From NCBI GenBank assembly GCA_000092065.1, contig CP000588.1: a DNA stretch of 64,000 bases; one strand, given 5' to 3'. This document shows, in pieces, positions 48,920-57,253 of the stretch. Positions within the stretch are counted from its first letter, which is position 1; every line of letters begins with the position of its first letter. Under the pieces are notes generated by a model that had not been told where the DNA came from, made no database searches, and saw only the letters and a program-made list of their open reading frames with translations. The DNA comes from Ostreococcus lucimarinus (lineage: Eukaryota). The translations under genes were made by a program, and so were the position numbers.

Positions 48920-49525
48920 ATGCGGGCGATCGCGCGCGCGTCGACGCGCGCGTCGACGCGCGCGTCGACGCGCGGCGCGCTGTCGCGCGGCGCGCGCGCG
49001 ACGGGCGCGCGCGAGGACGGGGCGACGGCGAAGGACGACGACGACGGCGCGACGGCGACGCGCTGGAGCGCGACGACGCGCGACGCGCGCGAACGCGCGC
49101 TCGAAAGCGCGACCGCGGCGGCGATGCGCGCGCGCGCGTTCGTCGTGGACGGCTCGCTGGCGTCGCGAGGGATGTTTCTGGAGCTCGAGGCGGCGGCGGC
49201 GAGGGCGCGCGCGAACGCGAAGGCGAAGGCGAAGGCGACGGCGACGGAGACGGCGGGAACGGCGATGACGTTCGATGCGTATCGCTTGGCCGAACGCGTG
49301 CTGGAATTAGACGTCGCGATCGAAGCGCCGGGAGCGGTCGGTGTCGAGGTGGAGGAAGAGGAGGAGACGACGGAGGCGTGGCGGTGCGCGACGAAGCGCA
49401 CGTATCAGCCGAGCAACTTGGTGCGAAAGCGAAGGCACGGGTTTAGGGCGCGATTACGCACGGTGGGGGGGAGAAAGGTGCTGGCGCGGCGGCGAAGGAA
49501 AGGTAGAAAACGATTGTCGGCGTGA
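48920..49525 (+). CDS. Organellar (mitochondrial or plastid) ribosomal protein bL34 with long N-terminal presequence
   Basis: C-terminus '[43 protein letters not shown]' matches bL34 'MKRTFQPSxLKRxRxHGFRARMATKNGRxVLARRRAKGRKRL'. Start uncertain: the ATG at 48920 is only 23 bp from the NSUN2 ATG, and internal ATGs exist. Confidence 0.6.
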   Translation: MRAIARASTRASTRASTRGALSRGARATGAREDGATAKDDDDGATATRWSATTRDARERALESATAAAMRARAFVVDGSLASRGMFLELEAAAARARANAKAKAKATATETAGTAMTFDAYRLAERVLELDVAIEAPGAVGVEVEEEEETTEAWRCATKRTYQPSNLVRKRRHGFRARLRTVGGRKVLARRRRKGRKRLSA

Positions 49526-49588
49526 TTGCGTGATTTAATCATTAAAGTCGATCGAAAATAACAATCAAATCAAAGTCGCGCGCGGCGT

Positions 49589-52500
49589 CTAACCTCGCGA
49601 CGGCGCGGCCGCTGGGAATACGCGCGTCAGGCGGTAGACTTTCATCGAGACCTCGTTGATCTCGTGCGAACTAGCGCTCCATTTAAATGGGTTCATCATC
49701 TCAGTCGAAACGCGCACGATGCCGCACACGACAAACGTGAGCAAGCCCACGGGCACCGCCACCGCCACGCCGTACGAATGAATAAACGCGAGCGGCGACG
49801 TGAGCACAAAGACATAACAGAGCAAGTACACGGAGTACATGTAGAAGGGCGGGATCGGAGTGCTGACGATCGTTTCGCAGTTTGTCCACGCATCGAGGAT
49901 GCAGTCGATATCGTGGTAGATGCGGTAAAGTCTCTGTTCGTTGTTGACTTGACTCTTTGGGAGCGAACGCATCGCGCGCTTCAATTCGCCGCTGCACTTA
50001 CTGACACGAAACGCAGGCGCGATACCAGCGTAGGCGTTTCGCTGCTCTGCATTCATAAGATCTTTTGTCGATGGAGCGCCAAAGAAATCGTCATCGAGTA
50101 CGGTGTTGGGTGTCAACTCTTCCTTTGGTCGGAAAGTCGAGGGATATCCTACTCGAGACTCTCGAATCGATTGACGAGCGAAAGCCATGAGCGAGTTTAA
50201 CATGCTCAGCATCTTCGCGTGTGCCGCGCAATCTTCGTCAGTTTCAGACGATTGAAATGCAGTGTTCAGTTCAATGACCAAGTCTCTCCCGTAATCGATC
50301 AAGTTGTCCAAATATTCACGAGCGGTGTAGTAGCGCGTGTACGTCAAATTCAGCAAATGGGCGATGCAAAAGCCCAACACTGGGACGGCGATAGTATGAC
50401 CTTCGGGCGTGATCAATGTCTTGCATTGTCCGGTGGTGTAAAGCTCATCTTTGTCACAGACGGCTTCGGATAGGAAGTACAAGCCCATGGCGGCGGCGCA
50501 AGCGGCAAATATGAAAGGAAGCGTCGGCAAGATGAGCGTCCCACGTAGAGACACGAACTCGGTGAAAATACCAAATTTGCCACTCCTGAAGCTTCGTTGC
50601 TTCGGGAACGTCCACCCGGCCGGCATTTCGCGATCATAAGTCCAAGCAGGAGCGACCGCAGTCTGATCGACTTTTTGTCTCACTTCTTCGTAGCACTCCT
50701 TCCCAACGTCTAGGCGTTTTTCCTCGACTCGCTTCACCAAGAGAGAGATTTCCGCTTTGAGCTCATCGCTTTCTGCCAAGCTTTCGTGCGTGTGCGCACA
50801 AGATTTCCACAGAGATTGGCCCATTACGATTAAATCGTTTGAGCACATGACATCGCGCGTGAAAGGCTCTTCAAGGAGACCGGCTATGTCGATCATTCCA
50901 TACAGTGTCAAGGCAAGAATGCCGAGCGGTAGCCACGTCATGTACGTGAAGGCCACGACGATGACGCTTGCGGTCGCAAACATCCACAAAAAGAGTACAA
51001 TGTTGATCAAATGTTTCAACGAGTATGGTGCTCTCGTGTTCCTTGCGCGGGTACAACGAGAAAACGCGTGCAGAGCGGTTTGCATGCTATTCGCCATCAT
51101 CGCTGCCCCACGATTAGTTATGCATCCAGAGCTTCGGGCGGTCTCTACTTCCGCAAGAAGACGAGCGGCGATCGTAGCGACGCGTTCTTCTGAAGACGCG
51201 TCGAACAGTTTGAGGAAACTATTTTTGCCTTCTTCATCGAGAAGCGCACCCAGTAGTGATTCAGCGTCTTCATCGTAAAAGAGAGTGTGGGCGTCGCTCA
51301 GTTTCGTTTTCGTCTCGCCGTGGGCGAGATCCTTATTCAAGCTCTGACGCATGCTTGCAAAAAGTGCACAGCTCAAACGAAGAACTGCATATCGAGCTTT
51401 GCGAACAGCTTTAGCGGAGTTATCTTTGATTGGCTTCCCCGCCCTAGAAAGCTCGCGCAAGTGCGCGCAGGCTTGGATGTTGAGCGTGTACAACGAGTAC
51501 AGGAGATCGTAAATCCCCGTCTTTGCCTCGTAAAATACTCGAAACGCAAAGAAGAATCGATAGACAACCGCAAACATTGTCATACGTCCAATTATAGAAA
51601 CAGCTGCGGGCGCAAACACGACGTCGCACATCCTGTGGTCCGTAACGTCGTCGCCACAAAACTCAAGTTTGTAAAACTGCGCGCCAACGCCTATGAACAT
51701 CATGACGAACATCATCGGCCAAATATGTGGGAATACGGTGTTTCTCAATCGAAACAAGTACGAAAAGTACGACGAAGTCGAATCCACGCCACGTTGACGT
51801 CGTACTGCCTCCCAAACTGTGAGATCTCTCAGGGCTTTGGGGGCGGCCGCGCCGCTCAGAACGAGAGCATCCACGCCCGAGTGTGTTGTTTCTTCAGCAT
51901 CGCCGACGGCGCGCGCACATTTTTCATGAATGGCGATAGTCTCAGTGTACAGTGCCCAGCCAACTTTCGTTAAGTCGTGTTTAGGATCTTCCCAGCCGAA
52001 AGGATCAGCCAACAAACTCCCCAGCTCTGCGATTCCAAATAGCGATAGAGTCACCAACATTGACGGCACGACGGCGAGCCATTTGTACGAGGTGATGAAC
52101 ACAAACGGAGAAGAAAGTGCGAAGAAGAAGACGACAAAGTTCATCAAATGGATGAAAGCAAAAGGCATCGAGCTTGAGACGATTCGTTCAATATCAGCGA
52201 CCGCATTCACGCACGCCTCTATTCGACCGAGCATCTCGAATGCGCTGCGTTCGGAGATGTGTCCGAGGCGACGGCGTTCGTCAATGATGGCGATCATCTT
52301 CGACGCGCAGCACCCAACTCGCGCTCTATAATCACATTTTAAATAGCGAGCTTTTTCAGCATCTGTGAGCATAACCGATAGTGACGGCCAGCCTCGAGGA
52401 TCATCAATCATCTCTTCATCGGTAGGCGACAACTTCTTCAACGTGAAAGGCTCGACGCCGTGGCGACGCTCACGAACGGCTTGCCGCATGAACGCCATAA

Positions 52501-55444
52501 GCACGCATGATAACCGACGAATCTCCGTGACATCATCGTTAATTTCTTGCTCCAGCTCAGGAGATGATCTCCGATTCAGAGATCGCATCATCGTGCACGC
52601 ACCAAGGTTGAGACAACGCAAGCTGTTCACCATCACGCCAACCAAGCCTTTGCCGTCGTAATATCGCGAGTAAGAGAACATAAGCCTGAAAACGAGGGTG
52701 AAGCCGATTATAGAACCGCTCATAACGTGTGCTTTGTCATCAAACGTGAAACTGCATTGCGTCACATTCGAAACCGAACTCCCACACCAATGAATTTTCA
52801 AGAAGTTTGCGAGTACGGATACTGCGCCAGTCAATGCAATTTGAAGCGCAATCTGCGGCACGACTGTGTTTCGCACGTGAAACACGCATGAGACGAAAGA
52901 CCAACCCGTGCGTAGCGCCTGCATGTTCTTTATGGCACCTGTTTTAAATTCTTTCTCGTAGTTTGAGATATTCTTGACGCGGATGGAAGGTGCCGCCAGG
53001 AGTGACTTTTTACTCCGGTTTGCGCCGAGGCTCTCCCTGTAGAGGCCGCCAGCTGTGCTCAAATGATCGCCCAGAATCTTGGCTTCATCCATGAGTTTCA
53101 CCCATGTATCGTCACTGCCTCGCATCTTCATCGCGAACGCACCAAGTCGTTCATGACGAGTAAACATGCGCGAACCCATTCCGCTCAGATCGTGGCGCGG
53201 ACCGGTCCAACTGAACGGCTCCATCATACTTGTGGAAGTCTCGGCGATACCATAAAACGCGAGTGCGACGAGTATCACTGGCACGCTCGTGATCCACTGG
53301 TAGCTCACACTCAAAACAAACGGCATAGTGAAGACATAGAAGAATAGTAAAACTTGCAGCAAGTGTCGAAAACGGTTCGGCACCGGCGTCGACACGACTC
53401 GCATCAAGCCTTGCATCGCCTGCAGCGAGTTGCATACTTTTCGGTAGGCCTCAGCGCTAAAGCGCTCAGTCATAGCGCCTGATCGACCGTATTCTTCAAA
53501 AATTGCGTTTAGTCTCATCCCTACCCACGTCGGGAACGCATGCACGGGTAGAGATTTCAATTCAGGGTGCTCCGATTCTCGAACCAAATCGCAGAGTTTA
53601 CACGCGCCGCCAAACTTGTCCATCGTTAAAATATCATCGAGCTTGACTGTATTTCCCGATGGATCACGACTTATAAGCTCTCGCACGGCGATTCTCGCGA
53701 AGCCATACATGACGTTCGACAAACGCTGCACTTCTCTTGCGTCCGCTTCGACCGCACTCAGGTCGTCATTTTTTGCCGTCGTGAAAATCGCCGAGCACGC
53801 CGTCAACGAACGCAGACTGTTCTGCATACTGACAACCAACTTTTTGGAAGAAATGAAACGCTCGTACCCCCAATCAGTGTTAATGACGAGTAAGAGCGAA
53901 ATAGGCATCGCCAGTATACGATGGGCAGAGAGATCAAACGTCACAAGGCACTGCGACGAGTCAGTGACGTTCCAACCGCACACGAGTATCTTCAGCAACT
54001 GCGCGCCGATACCGACGACGGCCGCGAGGCCAATTTGACGGCCGATGTGAGGAAGCGTAGTCTTTTCCCAAGCAAAGCAATCGATCACGAACCAAAACGG
54101 ATTGCGCCATCTCCGGTAATTCATTGAATCTACCGATAGCGGTTCGTCGTCCACGTCGATGCCGACTACGTCTTTGCTCATCTTGAACGCATCCATCTCC
54201 CGTTCGATTCTTCGAGCTATGACATTCAGGGGGTGAGCCGGAAGCACCCATTTGAATGGATCTTCCAGTGTGCTCGCAATCTCATTGACGCCGTAAAATA
54301 ACCACGCAAGTGTCGCGCTCACGAGCGGCGTTCGCCAATCCATGAGCGAACTGAGCGCAAACGGCGCGGAGAAGATGAACGCGAATAGCAACACCGTCAC
54401 GGTATGAGAGTACTGTTTCGGTGTCGGTGTTTCGATTATCAGCATAGCCTGTCGATAAGCGTCGAGCGCGCGTTGAGACTCGCGAAATGCCTCCATCGCG
54501 GCGCGTTCGCTCAAAACGCCCGCGCGGTGCATGGTTTCGATGCGAGTCAGCGCGTCAATCATAACCGCATCCGGACGATTCTCGACCGCCAACTTCGCGT
54601 ACTCTGTACGTTCGTCACGTTTAGTGAGATTGGAAACGTTCGGAGTGCCGTCGTCATCGCGGTGGAGCAAAGACTCGGTCGAAACGTCGCGCTTGCCGCC
54701 GCGAACGCCGGCGTCGACGACGCCGAATCGCGATTCGCGCAAAGCTTGTCGCATGAACGCGAACGTCAAGTTGCACAATCGACGAATTTCACTCTGAAGC
54801 TCTTCTATCGTCGTCGGCGTATGGTGATCTTTGCTCGAAAACATGGACGCGATCGACCCCGACGCCGGTTCCCGCGCCTCGACGTCCGTCACCGAGGCGA
54901 GATTTCGCAGCGCGTCCTTCACGTCAATCATCGCGAATTTCCCATCCTCGAACCGCCTAAACGCCTGCACCGCGCGAAACACCAGCAAGAACGACAGCAC
55001 CGCCGACACCGCGTAGTGCGCTTCGATCGTAAAAGCGTACCGACACGTCGTCGAGTACCGCTGCGTCTCGTCGCACGCCGACAGTTTCAACCACTGCGCG
55101 CCCGCGCCGACCACTCCCGCCAGCGCGATCTGCGGCGTCACCCTCGACACGCACGCCATCCAGAGCGACACCAAAAACCCGAGCCTCCGCTCGAGATCTC
55201 GCGCGTCGCGCGCGCGTCGCGTCGCCGTCGCGCCCTTCCCGCGTTCGCCCCCTTCCTCGCGCGTCTCGCCGCGTCCAATCCATCGCGTCGTCGCCTCCCC
55301 GTCCCGCGTCGTCGTCGTCGCCGGCGCCGCGTCCCGCACCGCGTCGCGCGCCTCGCCCTCGCGTCCCGTCACCATCGCGATTCGCGTCGTCTCGACGCCG
55401 CGCGTCGTCGCGCGACGTCGACGTTCGTTACCGCGAACGAACAA
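49589..55444 (-). CDS. Single polypeptide of five tandem bestrophin-like (UPF0187/Best anion channel) domains (1951 aa)
   Basis: Five diverged repeats of ~340-400 aa (approx. aa 85-440, 443-842, 843-1221, 1222-1614, 1615-1951). Each has (i) a TM hairpin ending in an R(F/Y)-type motif like bestrophin 'RWW': 'LLVFRAVQAFRRFEDGK', 'LLLVINTDWGYERFISSKK', 'TLVFRLMFSYSRYYDGKG', 'AVVYRFFFAFRVFYEAKTG', 'LLNLTYTRYYTAREYLDN'; (ii) a helix 'MRQA(L/V)RE.R.G' ('FAFMRQALRESRFG', 'GFARIAVRELISRD', 'MAFMRQAVRERRHG', 'FASMRQSLNKDLAHG', 'MAFARQSIRESRVG'); (iii) 'STP(V/I/T)P..(F/Y)' followed by a second hydrophobic pair ending 'EPF/DPF/NPF' ('IETPTPKQYSH..EDPFKW', 'VSTPVPNRFRH..MEPFSW', '..LADPFGW', '..LEEPFTR', 'VSTPIPPFYMY..MNPFKW'). 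No stop codon anywhere in 5856 nt. Confidence 0.8.
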   Translation of the reverse strand: MFVRGNERRRRATTRGVETTRIAMVTGREGEARDAVRDAAPATTTTRDGEATTRWIGRGETREEGGERGKGATATRRARDARDLERRLGFLVSLWMACVSRVTPQIALAGVVGAGAQWLKLSACDETQRYSTTCRYAFTIEAHYAVSAVLSFLLVFRAVQAFRRFEDGKFAMIDVKDALRNLASVTDVEAREPASGSIASMFSSKDHHTPTTIEELQSEIRRLCNLTFAFMRQALRESRFGVVDAGVRGGKRDVSTESLLHRDDDGTPNVSNLTKRDERTEYAKLAVENRPDAVMIDALTRIETMHRAGVLSERAAMEAFRESQRALDAYRQAMLIIETPTPKQYSHTVTVLLFAFIFSAPFALSSLMDWRTPLVSATLAWLFYGVNEIASTLEDPFKWVLPAHPLNVIARRIEREMDAFKMSKDVVGIDVDDEPLSVDSMNYRRWRNPFWFVIDCFAWEKTTLPHIGRQIGLAAVVGIGAQLLKILVCGWNVTDSSQCLVTFDLSAHRILAMPISLLLVINTDWGYERFISSKKLVVSMQNSLRSLTACSAIFTTAKNDDLSAVEADAREVQRLSNVMYGFARIAVRELISRDPSGNTVKLDDILTMDKFGGACKLCDLVRESEHPELKSLPVHAFPTWVGMRLNAIFEEYGRSGAMTERFSAEAYRKVCNSLQAMQGLMRVVSTPVPNRFRHLLQVLLFFYVFTMPFVLSVSYQWITSVPVILVALAFYGIAETSTSMMEPFSWTGPRHDLSGMGSRMFTRHERLGAFAMKMRGSDDTWVKLMDEAKILGDHLSTAGGLYRESLGANRSKKSLLAAPSIRVKNISNYEKEFKTGAIKNMQALRTGWSFVSCVFHVRNTVVPQIALQIALTGAVSVLANFLKIHWCGSSVSNVTQCSFTFDDKAHVMSGSIIGFTLVFRLMFSYSRYYDGKGLVGVMVNSLRCLNLGACTMMRSLNRRSSPELEQEINDDVTEIRRLSCVLMAFMRQAVRERRHGVEPFTLKKLSPTDEEMIDDPRGWPSLSVMLTDAEKARYLKCDYRARVGCCASKMIAIIDERRRLGHISERSAFEMLGRIEACVNAVADIERIVSSSMPFAFIHLMNFVVFFFALSSPFVFITSYKWLAVVPSMLVTLSLFGIAELGSLLADPFGWEDPKHDLTKVGWALYTETIAIHEKCARAVGDAEETTHSGVDALVLSGAAAPKALRDLTVWEAVRRQRGVDSTSSYFSYLFRLRNTVFPHIWPMMFVMMFIGVGAQFYKLEFCGDDVTDHRMCDVVFAPAAVSIIGRMTMFAVVYRFFFAFRVFYEAKTGIYDLLYSLYTLNIQACAHLRELSRAGKPIKDNSAKAVRKARYAVLRLSCALFASMRQSLNKDLAHGETKTKLSDAHTLFYDEDAESLLGALLDEEGKNSFLKLFDASSEERVATIAARLLAEVETARSSGCITNRGAAMMANSMQTALHAFSRCTRARNTRAPYSLKHLINIVLFLWMFATASVIVVAFTYMTWLPLGILALTLYGMIDIAGLLEEPFTRDVMCSNDLIVMGQSLWKSCAHTHESLAESDELKAEISLLVKRVEEKRLDVGKECYEEVRQKVDQTAVAPAWTYDREMPAGWTFPKQRSFRSGKFGIFTEFVSLRGTLILPTLPFIFAACAAAMGLYFLSEAVCDKDELYTTGQCKTLITPEGHTIAVPVLGFCIAHLLNLTYTRYYTAREYLDNLIDYGRDLVIELNTAFQSSETDEDCAAHAKMLSMLNSLMAFARQSIRESRVGYPSTFRPKEELTPNTVLDDDFFGAPSTKDLMNAEQRNAYAGIAPAFRVSKCSGELKRAMRSLPKSQVNNEQRLYRIYHDIDCILDAWTNCETIVSTPIPPFYMYSVYLLCYVFVLTSPLAFIHSYGVAVAVPVGLLTFVVCGIVRVSTEMMNPFKWSASSHEINEVSMKVYRLTRVFPAAAPSRG

Positions 55445-55529
55445 TCACGCGCGACGCGCGCGATCGTCCGCGCGCGCGTCCGCGCGCGTCGTCCGCGCGC
55501 CCTCGCGCGCGCGTTCGACGCGTCGAATT

Positions 55530-55857
55530 TTGCTTCGCCCGCGTCGCCGTCGCGACGCGCGTCGTCGCCGTCGCCGCGATGTGCCGCGGCGTCGTTCGCG
55601 CGTCGCGACGGCGCGGGCGTTACGGCGCGCGCGTCGGGAGACGAGCGGACGCGACAGCGCGCCGCGCGCGATGCCCGCGCGCGCGCCGACGCGCGACGGG
55701 AAATTCGCGCGATCGCGCGGCGCGTACACCGCGCGCCGGCGCGCGGCGACGCTCGAGCGACAGCGCGCGGCGAAGCGCGACGCGCTCGCCGTCGCGCGCG
55801 CCGTCGCGCGCGTCGCGACGCGACGCGACGGCGCGACGCGCGACGCGCGCGGTGCGC

Positions 55858-55897
<40 letters not shown>

Positions 55898-57083
55898 CGA
55901 TGGCCGCGGCGCGACGGACGCGGCGCGCGACGACGACGCGAGAGACGCGAGAGACGACGAAGACGCGAGAGACGACGCGAGAGACGACGCGGACGTCGTC
56001 GCGCAGCCGGAGTGGATGTGGGACGACGCGCCGGATGATTTTCGCGAGCGGTGGTACGCGCGCGCGCGACCGCGCGGGACGCGGTGCGTGGTGGTGGCGA
56101 CGCGGGGACGAACGACGGCGCGGAGCGCGCGGGACGGGACGACGCTGCGGACGTTTCAATCGGGATTGCCGGGAGGGAGCGCGCGGACGAGTCGAGGGCG
56201 GAGCGGGGAGTGCTTTTGCATACTCGATTGCGTGTTCGCGGAGGATGAGCGGGCGAGGAATGAGACGGGCGGGCGAGGGAAGGAGGCGGCGACGGCGAAC
56301 GCGCGAGGCGCGTATCACGTGTTGGACGTCATGGCTTGGAACGGGGCGGCGATGTACGATTGCGACGCGGAGTTTCGGTTTTTCTGGGCGCACACGCGAT
56401 TGACGGAGGAGTGCGACGCGTGTGAGGCGCCGAACGCGGCGCTGGGGAGAGACTTCGCGTTCGTCCCGACGCCGTGGTACGAGTGCGACGTCGACGGCGT
56501 CTCGAGAGCGTACGCGGGAGATATCGGTACCGAGATCGATGGGTTGCTGTTTTACCACAAAGAGGCGGCGTACGAAAATGGCGCGACGCCGCTCGTGTTG
56601 GCGTGGCGCGATGCGAAGACGTCGGCGTTTTTCACGCGCGACGAAGGCGCGGCGACGGTGCTCTCGCGCGCGGGCGTCGTCCTCCCGGGAGACCCCACCG
56701 CGGCGCAAATCATCACCTTGACGAAGTCGAGCGACGGAAGATTCTTCGTCACCGGTGACGATGAGCCAATGGTCATCGCCGCCGTGGATGCGGTACCGCG
56801 GGCGTCGGAGAAAGTCGCCGCGCCCGCGACGCTCGAGCCGGGCCGCTCGGGCCGTTTTCTCGTCGGTCCGTCGGGATTCGACGTCGACGTCGAAACCGCG
56901 CACGTGCGAAGCGCTGACTTGCACTATCTCGGTCCGAAACCACCGAAGCGACGCGGTGTCGATCGCGCGGACGCGCTTTCGAAGATCCTCTTCAACGCTC
57001 GAGCGCGAACGGCGCCGCTCGGCATCGACGCTCTGTTGTCCGCCGCCGCCGCGGACGCCCCCATGACCGATCACGCGCGTTGA
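55530..57083 (+). CDS. SNUPN: Snurportin-1 (m3G-cap snRNP import adaptor) homolog
   Basis: Cap-binding domain closely matches snurportin by recall: 'RCVVVATRGRTTARSARDGTTLRTFQSGLPGG...CILDCVF...YHVLDVMAWNGAAMYDCDAEFRFFWAHTRL...[21 protein letters not shown]' (human '[89 protein letters not shown]'). N-terminal Arg-rich IBB-like region and poly-Asp tract. An alternative start is ATG 55671. Confidence 0.75.
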
Positions 57084-57253
57084 ACACGTCGACGATCCGA
57101 CACAGTCGTACTAGTTTTAGCTTGTCATCGCTAGCGTTCATCTTAGGGAAACGTCGCGCTCGCGTCGCCTTCTGCAAAACTCGTCGCGCTCGCGTCCCGC
57201 TCGCGCTCCCGCGAACGCCTCTCCCGCGCGCGTCGCCGCACTTCGCCGCGCCC

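Noticed and set aside
47986-49401. 471-aa minus-strand Arg/Ala-rich ORF, and the 353-aa + ORF 48207..49268
   Set aside because: Both overlap the well-supported NSUN2 and bL34 genes in other frames. Their composition (R/A more than 40%) and lack of any motif mark them as stop-codon-poor artefacts of about 70% GC sequence.
55620-57074. 484-aa minus-strand ORF opposite snurportin
   Set aside because: Antisense to a gene with strong homology. The sequence is Arg-rich, with poly-Val encoded by the antisense of (GAC)n. No recognisable domain.
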